Of a stretch of 64,000 nucleotides of DNA, positions 54,509-63,339 are shown piece by piece. Within the stretch, counting starts at the first letter, position 1. Each line of letters begins with the position of its first letter. Both the position numbers and the translations under genes were made by a program. The notes beneath the pieces were generated by a model. It made no database searches and was not told where the DNA came from. It saw nothing but the letters and a program-made list of their open reading frames with translations. Source of the DNA: Pelagibacteraceae bacterium AG-422-B15 (GTDB lineage: Bacteria > Pseudomonadota > Alphaproteobacteria > Pelagibacterales > AG-422-B15). Location of the stretch: contig QCMN01000001.1 in NCBI GenBank assembly GCA_003213715.1, positions 57,956 to 121,955 of the forward strand. The letters are read 5' to 3'.

Positions 54509-56230
54509 ATGGAAAGTAGAAATCTAATACTTGCAATAATACTCTCGGTAGGCGTTCTATTTATCTGGAGTTTTTTCTTTGAAGCGCCTGAGCAAGAAAT
54601 GCTTAATGGAGAAATAGAAAGTGGTGACGTGTCAGAAGTGAACTCAAATGAACTTGATATGGAAGCCATTGATGAAATTGAGAGATCTCTGGGTATTACC
54701 GAAAATGGTAACATTGGTTTAGACGAGGCACTAAATGCTGATAAAAGAGTAAAAATTGAAACGGACAGCATTGTTGGATCAATTAATCTTAAAGGTTTAA
54801 GAATTGATGACATCGTTCTCAAAAAATATAATGAAACTCAAGAGGAGTTTTCAGAAAAAATTAGAGTTTTGCAACCAATTGATACTTATGACGGCTATGA
54901 AGTAACATTTGGATGGATAAAAAACCAAGACGCTAATTTTGAAACACCAAATGCTGAATCTATTTGGAAAGTGTCTAATAGCAATACTACTCTTACATCG
55001 AACAACGAAGTTGAATTTGAATGGAGCAATACGACTGGCCAGACATTCGTAACTACGATTGGCTTAGATGAAGACTATTTATTTGATATTACACAAGAAG
55101 TTAAAAATAATTCGAATGAAGAAATTATAATAAATAACGCAAGTAAGGTAACAAGAAAACAGGCGCCTTCTTTATCGGGCATGTTTATTCTGCATGAAGG
55201 GTTGCTTGGTGTCTTACAAGAAAAACTTGAATTAATAGATTACGACGACCTAAAAGATGATGAAGAAACACTAAACTTTGAAAGTGATAATGGTTGGGTA
55301 GGCATTACCGATAAATACTGGTTAGCTGCGCTCATTCCAGATCAGAATAAATCATTCAAAGCTATTTATACTTATGATAACGGATACATTGCTTACTATA
55401 GATCTCTAAATGCAACGAAAGTTGCAGCTGGTAGTGATCACATTGTTGAAAGTCAAATATTCATTGGTGCTAAAGAAGCAAAACTCATTGATCGATATCA
55501 AGAAGATTATGGCATTTATAATTTTGATTTAGCGATTGACTGGGGCTGGTTCTATTTTCTCACTAAACCTTTATTCAACTTGATTTACTTCTTTTCTGAA
55601 TTATCAGGAAACTTTGGTTTGGCTATCATTATATTAACAGTTATAACAAGAATTGTTTTCTTTCCTCTTGCTAACTGGTCATTCATCTCCATGGCTAAGA
55701 TGAAAATGCTTCAACCTGAAATGACAAGAATTAAAGAACTCCACAAAGATGATAGAGCGCAGCAACAACAGGCGCTAATGGCTTTGTATAAAAAGGAAAA
55801 AGTAAATCCAATTTCAGGATGTTTGCCAATACTTATTCAAATTCCATTTTTCTTTGCGATTTATAAGATGTTATTTGTCTCAATTGAAATGCGACACGCC
55901 CCTTTTTATGGATGGATCCAAGACCTTGCTTCAAAAGATCCAACGACCATTTTTAACGCATTTGGCCTTATACCATGGGATCCGCCATCGTTTATGATTA
56001 TAGGGATTTGGCCAGTGTTGATGGGCTTAACCATGTACATACAACAAAAACTCAATCCAGCTCCTCCCGATCCAATACAAGCAAGAATATTCATGTTCTT
56101 TCCGCTCTTTATAACAATTCTCTTAGCACAATTTGCTGCCGGTCTTGTAATTTATTGGACAACAAATAACGTACTCTCAATTATCCAGCAGTGGATAATC
56201 AATAAAAGAACCACAGTCAAAACAAATTAA
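54509..56230 (+). CDS. yidC: Membrane protein insertase YidC
   Basis: 573 aa with an N-terminal TM, a large periplasmic domain, and the conserved C-terminal core GCLPILIQIPFFFAIYK...YWTTNNVLSIIQQ. Confidence 0.9.
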   Translation: MESRNLILAIILSVGVLFIWSFFFEAPEQEMLNGEIESGDVSEVNSNELDMEAIDEIERSLGITENGNIGLDEALNADKRVKIETDSIVGSINLKGLRIDDIVLKKYNETQEEFSEKIRVLQPIDTYDGYEVTFGWIKNQDANFETPNAESIWKVSNSNTTLTSNNEVEFEWSNTTGQTFVTTIGLDEDYLFDITQEVKNNSNEEIIINNASKVTRKQAPSLSGMFILHEGLLGVLQEKLELIDYDDLKDDEETLNFESDNGWVGITDKYWLAALIPDQNKSFKAIYTYDNGYIAYYRSLNATKVAAGSDHIVESQIFIGAKEAKLIDRYQEDYGIYNFDLAIDWGWFYFLTKPLFNLIYFFSELSGNFGLAIIILTVITRIVFFPLANWSFISMAKMKMLQPEMTRIKELHKDDRAQQQQALMALYKKEKVNPISGCLPILIQIPFFFAIYKMLFVSIEMRHAPFYGWIQDLASKDPTTIFNAFGLIPWDPPSFMIIGIWPVLMGLTMYIQQKLNPAPPDPIQARIFMFFPLFITILLAQFAAGLVIYWTTNNVLSIIQQWIINKRTTVKTN

Positions 56231-56231
56231 A

Positions 56232-57119
56232 ATGTCTATAAAAAATAATGTGAGTGAAAGCTCTAGGCTTTTACAGAAATATTGGCCATCAGGGAAAAAA
56301 TATTTCAACAGCACAGATCAATTTATAAAAAGATATAAAAATCGAATTATTGTTATTAAATACGGAGGTTATGCTCTTACAAAACCTCATTTAGTAAAAT
56401 CTTTTGCAAAAAATATTGCCCTTCTGAACCAATTGGGAATGAAAGTTATTATTGTTCACGGTGGAGGGCCACAGATTGAAAATCAATTGAGAAAGAAAAA
56501 AATTAAGAATGAAGAATATCAAGGTTTAAGGGTTACAACAAAACAGATTTTAAGTGTTGTTAAGACAGTTCTAGCCAATGATCTCAATAAACTTATTTCA
56601 AATGAAATTACAAAATATGGCGGTAAACCAAAACGTTTTGATGGAATAAGACAAAAAATCATCAATTCAAAAATAGCTATGAATGGGAATATTGGATTTG
56701 TTGGAGAGCCCAAAAAAATTAATAAATCATTAATTCAAGCAGCGCTGGGTAAAAATCAAATACCAGTGATTGCACCGTTGGGATATGATTCAAATAAAAA
56801 TACGCTAAATATTAATGCTGATACTGCGGCTGCGTTTATCGCGGAGACAGTCAAAGCCGAAAGGCTTCTGCTTTTGACAGATGTAGAAGGGGTAATGGAT
56901 AATAACAAAAAATTAATTACCGAGCTGGATCGTAAAAAAGCATTTCAATACATAAAAAAAGGCACTATAAAAAGTGGTATGATTCCCAAAATTAAGGCGT
57001 GTTTCAATACCCTTAAAAATGGGGCAAAAGGAGTTGCTTTAATCGATGGTCGTAAACAAAATGCCGTGGTTATGGAGATTTTAACAACGAAAGGTGCTGG
57101 AACACTAATAAAGAAATGA
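56232..57119 (+). CDS. argB: Acetylglutamate kinase
   Basis: [14 protein letters not shown] and NINADTAA. Confidence 0.85.
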   Translation: MSIKNNVSESSRLLQKYWPSGKKYFNSTDQFIKRYKNRIIVIKYGGYALTKPHLVKSFAKNIALLNQLGMKVIIVHGGGPQIENQLRKKKIKNEEYQGLRVTTKQILSVVKTVLANDLNKLISNEITKYGGKPKRFDGIRQKIINSKIAMNGNIGFVGEPKKINKSLIQAALGKNQIPVIAPLGYDSNKNTLNINADTAAAFIAETVKAERLLLLTDVEGVMDNNKKLITELDRKKAFQYIKKGTIKSGMIPKIKACFNTLKNGAKGVALIDGRKQNAVVMEILTTKGAGTLIKK

Positions 57120-57940
57120 GTGATAATACAGAATTAAAAAATAAAATTGAAAGTACTTGGGAAAATATTGCTAAAATTTCTCCTAAAGATACAGACATCG
57201 CTGATGCTGTAAATGAAGTTATAAAAAAACTTGATAATGGACAATTTAGAATTGCAGAAAAAAGTGGCAATGATTGGATTGTTAATCAGTGGTTAAAAAA
57301 AGCCGTTCTTATATCATTCCGAATAAATGATAATAAAATTTTAAAAGGACCCTATACGTCTTGGTATGACAAGGTGAAAGGTAAAACTGTTGATTGGAAT
57401 GAGGATCAATGGAAAGAAGCTGGCTACCGACATGTTCCAAATGGTACCGTTCGCGAAGGATCATTCATAGGTAAAGGTGTAGTTCTGATGCCATCTTTTG
57501 TAAATATTGGTGCTTATATTGATGAAGGCACAATGGTTGATACATGGGCAACTGTTGGCTCATGTGCTCAGATTGGAAAAAACTGTCACTTATCAGGCGG
57601 TGTTGGTATTGGCGGTGTTTTAGAACCGCTACAAGCAAATCCAGTAATAATTGAAGACAACTGTTTTGTTGGTGCGAGAGCTGAAGTTGCCGAGGGTGTA
57701 ATTGTTAGAGAAGGATCAGTTCTTTCAATGGGAGTATATTTAGGGGCATCAACAAAAATTGTGAACAGGTCCACAGGTGAAATTAGTTATGGTGAAGTAC
57801 CCGCTTATTCTGTAGTGGTTCCAGGAAGCCTTCCAAATGAAGACCCTAAAAAGCCAAGTTTATATTGTGTTGTAATCGTTAAAACAGTTGATGAAAACAC
57901 AAGAAAGAAAACATCAATAAACGATCTACTCAGAGAATAA
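57116..57940 (+). CDS. dapD: 2,3,4,5-tetrahydropyridine-2,6-dicarboxylate N-succinyltransferase
   Basis: 274 aa with the N-terminal DapD domain plus left-handed beta-helix hexapeptide repeats ([36 protein letters not shown]). Confidence 0.9.
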   Translation: MSDNTELKNKIESTWENIAKISPKDTDIADAVNEVIKKLDNGQFRIAEKSGNDWIVNQWLKKAVLISFRINDNKILKGPYTSWYDKVKGKTVDWNEDQWKEAGYRHVPNGTVREGSFIGKGVVLMPSFVNIGAYIDEGTMVDTWATVGSCAQIGKNCHLSGGVGIGGVLEPLQANPVIIEDNCFVGARAEVAEGVIVREGSVLSMGVYLGASTKIVNRSTGEISYGEVPAYSVVVPGSLPNEDPKKPSLYCVVIVKTVDENTRKKTSINDLLRE

Positions 57941-57943
57941 ATT

Positions 57944-59032
57944 ATGGAAGTCGTTGAACTAACAAAATCACTTATTTCTTGTCCAAGTGTCACACCGAAT
58001 AATGAAGGTGTCTTAGACCTACTTCAAAAGGAACTCACTGACATGGGATTTACATGCAATCGTTATTTATTTAGTGATACCGACACACCCGACGTAGATA
58101 ATTTATTCGCAAAAATTGGCAGTGGTGCTCCACATTTGTGTTTTGGAGGTCATACTGATGTTGTTCCAGTTGGTGATGAAAATGCATGGAATTCAAATCC
58201 ATTTGAGGCCACTGAAAAAAATGGAAAGTTATATGGCCGTGGTGCGAGCGATATGAAATCTGCTATAGCTGCATTTGTTTCAGCAGTAAGAGAATATTTA
58301 GAGAATAATGAGATGAAAGGAACAATAAGTCTCTTAATTACAAATGACGAAGAAGGACCTGCAATCAATGGGACAAGAAAAGTACTAGAAGAAATTTATA
58401 AAAATGGGGAAAAGATAGATAGTTGCTTGGTAGGAGAACCCACATGCCCAAGTAATTTAGGTGAAATGATTAAAATTGGAAGAAGAGGCAGTATTACCAC
58501 GACTATTAAAGTTTCAGGAAAACAAGGTCATGTTGCCTATCCAGAATGGACTCTCAACCCAATAAATCCTCTGACATCAATACTCAATACACTGTGTAAT
58601 TTAGAGCTTGATAAAGGTACAGAAGACTTTCCACCATCAAATATGGAAATTGTTAAAATTGAGTCAAGTGAAGGTGCGACTAATATTGTTCCACAAACCT
58701 CAACTGGAATATTTAATATTCGCTACAATATTAATCACACAAAAGAGAGCCTTCAATCAATGATCAATGAAGTTGTTTCAAAAAATATCAATAATAGTGA
58801 CTATAAAGTTGATGTAACTTTTAACAATTCTGCAGAACCATTTTTAACTGAAAAAGGTAAATTTACAGAGATAGTGAAAAGTTCTGTTGATGAGATTACA
58901 GGAATGAATTCTTCACTTACAACAACAGGCGGAACATCAGATGCAAGATTTTTTAAAGACTACTGCGAGGTAGCGGAGTTTGGACTTATTGGAGAGACCG
59001 CACACCAAATTGATGAAAATGTAAAAAACTGA
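57944..59032 (+). CDS. dapE: Succinyl-diaminopimelate desuccinylase (M20 family). The reading frame ends early, and the conserved C-terminus continues in the +1 frame to 59090.
   Basis: GHTDVVPVGD, GRGASDMKSA and NDEEGPA. The final ~20 residues expected for DapE (EDITKLKEIYSLIITKYFQ) are encoded in the +1 frame after an A6 run at 59023-59028. Confidence 0.85.
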   Translation: MEVVELTKSLISCPSVTPNNEGVLDLLQKELTDMGFTCNRYLFSDTDTPDVDNLFAKIGSGAPHLCFGGHTDVVPVGDENAWNSNPFEATEKNGKLYGRGASDMKSAIAAFVSAVREYLENNEMKGTISLLITNDEEGPAINGTRKVLEEIYKNGEKIDSCLVGEPTCPSNLGEMIKIGRRGSITTTIKVSGKQGHVAYPEWTLNPINPLTSILNTLCNLELDKGTEDFPPSNMEIVKIESSEGATNIVPQTSTGIFNIRYNINHTKESLQSMINEVVSKNINNSDYKVDVTFNNSAEPFLTEKGKFTEIVKSSVDEITGMNSSLTTTGGTSDARFFKDYCEVAEFGLIGETAHQIDENVKN

Positions 59033-59429
59033 GGACATAACTAAGCTGAAAGAAATTTACAGTCTCATAATCACTAAGTACTTTCAATAAAAATCAACTA
59101 TATATCAATTTTAGAGCTATTTAGGTATTATACTATTAGCAACATTAGCATGATGGTCAAAGCTATATCCAATTTAAGGGGGGAAGGATTAAAATTCCAT
59201 CTAGTTCCTAACATAATAAATACCTAAATAATTGCTCCAGCTATTTGAAAAAGAAAGTAAACAGTCAAGATTACTGGGAAAGCCCTAAGAAAGTAGTTAA
59301 ATGATTGCTCGAAAATTTTTTTCATAGTTGTCTATTACAGATTATTTACTGAATTCGGGAGGGGAATAACATGTCAATTTGGCAAAGGCATAAAATTAAT
59401 ATTGATAGCTATTTGATTAGTATGTGGCC

Positions 59430-60836
59430 ATGTTTGATGAAATGTATAGCGATGATGCTCAAATAAGAAAGCACTACTTACAAGTAAATTCTTGGTTAAG
59501 AACCATGTCATCCACGGTCATTAGCCAAAAGAATTTTGAAGCTGAGTCTCATTTTAAAAGAATTGGTATTACATTTTCGGTCAAAGATGATGATATGACT
59601 GAACGAATCATCCCATTTGACCTAATTCCAAGAATTCTAACAAACTACGAATGGGTAAAGATAGAAAAAGGTGTTTTACAAAGAGCGAAAGCTCTAAATT
59701 CTTTTCTTCACGATATTTATAATAGCGGTGAAATTTTTAAGGCGGGTATTGTTCCAAAAGAAATAGTTTATAAAAAATCGTCCTATGATCAGTCTATGAT
59801 CAACTTTTCACCTCCAAGAAAGATTTATAGTCCAATAATTGGTGTTGACTTAGTCAGAACAGGAAAAGATGAGTTTTATGTTTTAGAAGACAACTGTCGG
59901 ACACCATCTGGTGTTTCATACATGTTGGAAAATAGAGAAATCATGATGAAAATGTTTCCTGATTTATTTCATACGAATCGTGTTTTGCGAGTTGATGACT
60001 ATCCTACTAGATTACTGCAGACGCTAATGAGTCTTGCCCCAAAAAAATGTGATAGCAGTATACCAACAGTTGTCTTATTAACTCCAGGCCATTTAAATAG
60101 TGCATATTACGAACATACTTTTTTATCCGACCAAATGGGTATTGAAATGGTGGAGTCACAAGATCTTTTTGTTGAAAATGATTTGCTCTATATGAAGACA
60201 GTTGATGGACCAAAAAAAATAGATGTTGTTTATCGAAGAATTGATGACGAATTTTTAGATCCTCTTTGTTATAACCCGGACTCAGTCATTGGTGTCCCGG
60301 GGATCACTCAAGTTTATAAAACAGGTGGTGTGAATATATGCTCAGCTCCTGGTGCTGGTATCGCAGATGACAAAGCTATTTATATATTTGTCCCTGAAAT
60401 GATAAAATTTTACCTTGGTGAAACACCAATTCTAGATAATGTTGAAACATGGAGATGTGAAAGAGATGACGAATTAAATTATGTATTAGAAAATATTGAA
60501 AAACTTGTAGTGAAAGAGGTTGATGGTTCAGGTGGTTATGGAATGTTAATTGGACCTAAATCTACTAAAGATCAAATTTCAGAGTTCTCTACTAAACTGA
60601 AAAGTAACCCTCGAGGATATATTGCTCAACCAACATTAGACTTATCATCCTCACCAACATTAATAGATAATGAAGTTTCAGGAAGACGAGTTGATTTACG
60701 TCCATTCTGTCTTGTTGGAGAAAAAGTACAATTGTGCCCAGGGGGATTAACAAGAGTTGCATTAAATAAAGGATCGTATGTAGTAAATTCATCACAAGGG
60801 GGAGGAGTAAAGGACACTTGGGTCCTCGCAGATTAA
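59430..60836 (+). CDS. Circularly permuted type 2 ATP-grasp protein (DUF404/DUF407-type amidoligase)
   Basis: MFDEMYS..., GITFSVKDDD..ERIIPFDLIPRIL..EW..IEKGVLQRAKALNSFLHDIY, and EVDGSGGYGMLIGP. The start is the ATG at 59430 (a GTG at 59424 is also possible). Confidence 0.75.
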   Translation: MFDEMYSDDAQIRKHYLQVNSWLRTMSSTVISQKNFEAESHFKRIGITFSVKDDDMTERIIPFDLIPRILTNYEWVKIEKGVLQRAKALNSFLHDIYNSGEIFKAGIVPKEIVYKKSSYDQSMINFSPPRKIYSPIIGVDLVRTGKDEFYVLEDNCRTPSGVSYMLENREIMMKMFPDLFHTNRVLRVDDYPTRLLQTLMSLAPKKCDSSIPTVVLLTPGHLNSAYYEHTFLSDQMGIEMVESQDLFVENDLLYMKTVDGPKKIDVVYRRIDDEFLDPLCYNPDSVIGVPGITQVYKTGGVNICSAPGAGIADDKAIYIFVPEMIKFYLGETPILDNVETWRCERDDELNYVLENIEKLVVKEVDGSGGYGMLIGPKSTKDQISEFSTKLKSNPRGYIAQPTLDLSSSPTLIDNEVSGRRVDLRPFCLVGEKVQLCPGGLTRVALNKGSYVVNSSQGGGVKDTWVLAD

Positions 60837-60837
60837 C

Positions 60838-61773
60838 ATGCTAAGCAGAACAGCAGAGAATCTTTACTGGATTAGTAGATATATGGAAAGAGCAGAAACT
60901 ATGGCACGCCTTCTTGATGTGGGTTATAGAATGTCCTTGTTTCCTAACCCTAAAGGCTACCATAATGAATGGGACTCGGTATTATCAGCTGCGGGTGCTG
61001 CTCAAGGTTACTTTACTAAATACAATGAAATAAATCAGGAAAATGTTGAGGATTATATTTTTTTTGACGAAGAAAATCCTTCCTCTGTGTACAGCTGTAT
61101 ATCCAAAGCTAGAAATAATGCCCTATTAGTGCGGACTGCATTCACCCCTGAGGCATGGGTAGCAATTAATAAGTCATACAAAGAGATATTGGAGCTTAAA
61201 AATAAAAAATTTACTCGTGCTGATCTACCAAACTTTACTGAATGGACTATTCAACAAGTAAATATGTTTCGGGGATCAGCAAACTCATTATTACGTAACG
61301 ACGGATACCATTTTATATTTCTTGGCACATTCATTGAACGAGCAGATAATTCTGCAAGATTGCTTGATGTAAAATATTTTGTACTACTTCCTACTGCTGA
61401 TTATATAGGGGGAAATCTTGATAATTTACAATGGATTATACTTTTACGATCACTATCTTCATTTCGCGCTTTTAGATGGGCTTATGATGGAGACGTGACC
61501 TCAACAAAAATTGCTCATTTTTTCATACTTAATAATGATTGTTCACGTTCTTTAAGTTTTTGTATAAATAATATTGTTTATCATCTTAATTGTTTGAAAT
61601 GCAGTCCTGAGAAAATCAGTGATATTTACTCTGGCCTAAAATCAGTTCATAATTCTGTAAAAGACGAAACTGTCGAGTCAATTATTGAATATGGTTTACA
61701 TGAGTATGTGACCAATTTTGTATCGAAGATATCTTTCTTAGACAATCAAATTCAAAATCATTTTTTTAGGTAG
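60838..61773 (+). CDS. Alpha-E domain protein (DUF403)
   Basis: The N-terminus MLSRTAENLYWISRYMERAETMARLLDV and a second repeat FLGTFIERADNSARLLDVKY are characteristic of the alpha-E family. Confidence 0.7.
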   Translation: MLSRTAENLYWISRYMERAETMARLLDVGYRMSLFPNPKGYHNEWDSVLSAAGAAQGYFTKYNEINQENVEDYIFFDEENPSSVYSCISKARNNALLVRTAFTPEAWVAINKSYKEILELKNKKFTRADLPNFTEWTIQQVNMFRGSANSLLRNDGYHFIFLGTFIERADNSARLLDVKYFVLLPTADYIGGNLDNLQWIILLRSLSSFRAFRWAYDGDVTSTKIAHFFILNNDCSRSLSFCINNIVYHLNCLKCSPEKISDIYSGLKSVHNSVKDETVESIIEYGLHEYVTNFVSKISFLDNQIQNHFFR

Positions 61774-61776
61774 ATT

Positions 61777-62598
61777 ATGTTACTTACAATCAATCATACA
61801 ACAAATTATGAATATGATGATAACCTATTAGGGTTAATTCAAACAACAAAGTTGACTCCATCACCCTACAATGGTCTTAAAATATTGAATTGGACTGTAA
61901 AAAGAAATAACAAATCTGGTGGTGAGATATTTAGAGATGGAGAGGGAAATAATATAATTAACTTCAAAGGCGAGCCATCAGAAAAGGAAATTAAATTTGT
62001 AGTTAAAGGAGAAGTTGAAACAATTGATACAAATGGAGTATATGAAAGTTTGAATGATAAAATCGATCCTTATGTCTATTTAAGAAATACAATTTTAACA
62101 CTACCAAATAATAAAATAAAAGAGCTAGCTTCTATTGCCTCAAAAGATAGCTCAAATGAAGACACCGTAACTATTGCTCATGATTTAATGCTCTTGATTG
62201 CAAAAAAAATTAAATATGAACCGTATACCACCAATACAAACACGACTGCAGCTATGTCAATAGATCAAGAGAAGGGTGTTTGCCAAGATCAAGCACATAT
62301 AATGATTTCCGCTGCTAGATACTTGGGCATTCCCTCAAGATATGTAAATGGCTACATGCATAAAAATAGAAATGACTCTGAATTTCAAGCTACACACGCA
62401 TGGGCTGAACTTTATATAGATCAACTTGGTTGGGTTGGCTTTGATCCTACAAATCAATGTTGTCCTGATGAGAGATATATTCGAGTTTCGTGCGGCTTAG
62501 ACGCAAGTTATGCGGCGCCAATCAGAGGGATCTTTTATGGTAACACTGCAGAAAAATTAGATATAGATGTTCAAACAATTGAAAACTGCTCACAATAA
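61777..62598 (+). CDS. Transglutaminase-like cysteine peptidase-fold protein with the bacterial transglutaminase N-terminal domain
   Basis: The Cys-His-Asp triad contexts are GVCQDQAHIM, THAWAELY and GFDPTN. The N-terminus is MLLTINHTTNYEYD. Confidence 0.8.
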   Translation: MLLTINHTTNYEYDDNLLGLIQTTKLTPSPYNGLKILNWTVKRNNKSGGEIFRDGEGNNIINFKGEPSEKEIKFVVKGEVETIDTNGVYESLNDKIDPYVYLRNTILTLPNNKIKELASIASKDSSNEDTVTIAHDLMLLIAKKIKYEPYTTNTNTTAAMSIDQEKGVCQDQAHIMISAARYLGIPSRYVNGYMHKNRNDSEFQATHAWAELYIDQLGWVGFDPTNQCCPDERYIRVSCGLDASYAAPIRGIFYGNTAEKLDIDVQTIENCSQ

Positions 62599-63339
62599 TT
62601 AGTATTTAACCTCCATAAAATATAACCCCTCAGGAGGAGCAAGTGCTCCACATTTAGAGCGATCTTTTGAGTTAAACGCTTTTTCAAAGTCGCCAAGTGA
62701 CCAACTTTTTTCTCCAACTAACTTTAAACTACCAACAATTGATCTAACTTGATGATGCAGAAATGATTTTGCAGTGAAACCAAAATAGATATTTTCTTCT
62801 GATTGGCTAATTTTTAGACTGTCTAAAGTTTTTATTGGACTATCAGATTGACAATGAGCTGAACGGAATGTTGTAAAGTCGTGCTGACCCTCAATCGAAG
62901 AAATGCATTCCTGCATCAAATCAACGTCAATGTCTTTATGTACTTGCCAAGCTCTTCCCTTCTCAATAGTGAGTGGTGACTTTCTGTTTACTATTCTATA
63001 AAGGTATTTTCTTTGAGTTGCATCAAATCTTGCATGAAAATCATTATCTGCTTTCTCTACTTCTAATATGGAAATTGGAAATGGCCTCAAGTGGTCGTTT
63101 AATGCGTTCTTAATTACATATGGTTCAAATAATTTGTCTGTAACATCAAAATGAGCAACCTGCCCCATTGCGTGAACACCTGCATCTGTTCTACCGGCCC
63201 CAAAGATAGTAATGTTTTCCTCAAATATATTATTTATTGCTTTTTCAATACACCCTTGAACTGATTGTCCATTTTCTTGTCTTTGCCATCCTACAAACGG
63301 AGTGCCATCATACTCAATTTTTATTTTGTACCTGTTCAT
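62599..63339 (-). CDS. truA: tRNA pseudouridine(38-40) synthase
   Basis: YKIKIEYDGTPFVGWQRQ, the catalytic Asp context GAGRTDAGVHA, and HHQVRSIVG. Confidence 0.9.
   Translation of the reverse strand: MNRYKIKIEYDGTPFVGWQRQENGQSVQGCIEKAINNIFEENITIFGAGRTDAGVHAMGQVAHFDVTDKLFEPYVIKNALNDHLRPFPISILEVEKADNDFHARFDATQRKYLYRIVNRKSPLTIEKGRAWQVHKDIDVDLMQECISSIEGQHDFTTFRSAHCQSDSPIKTLDSLKISQSEENIYFGFTAKSFLHHQVRSIVGSLKLVGEKSWSLGDFEKAFNSKDRSKCGALAPPEGLYFMEVKY

Noticed and set aside
54442-54822. 126-aa minus-strand ORF across the yidD/yidC junction.
   Set aside because: It lies antisense to the conserved rnpA-yidD-yidC operon. It is Ser- and Leu-rich and low in complexity.
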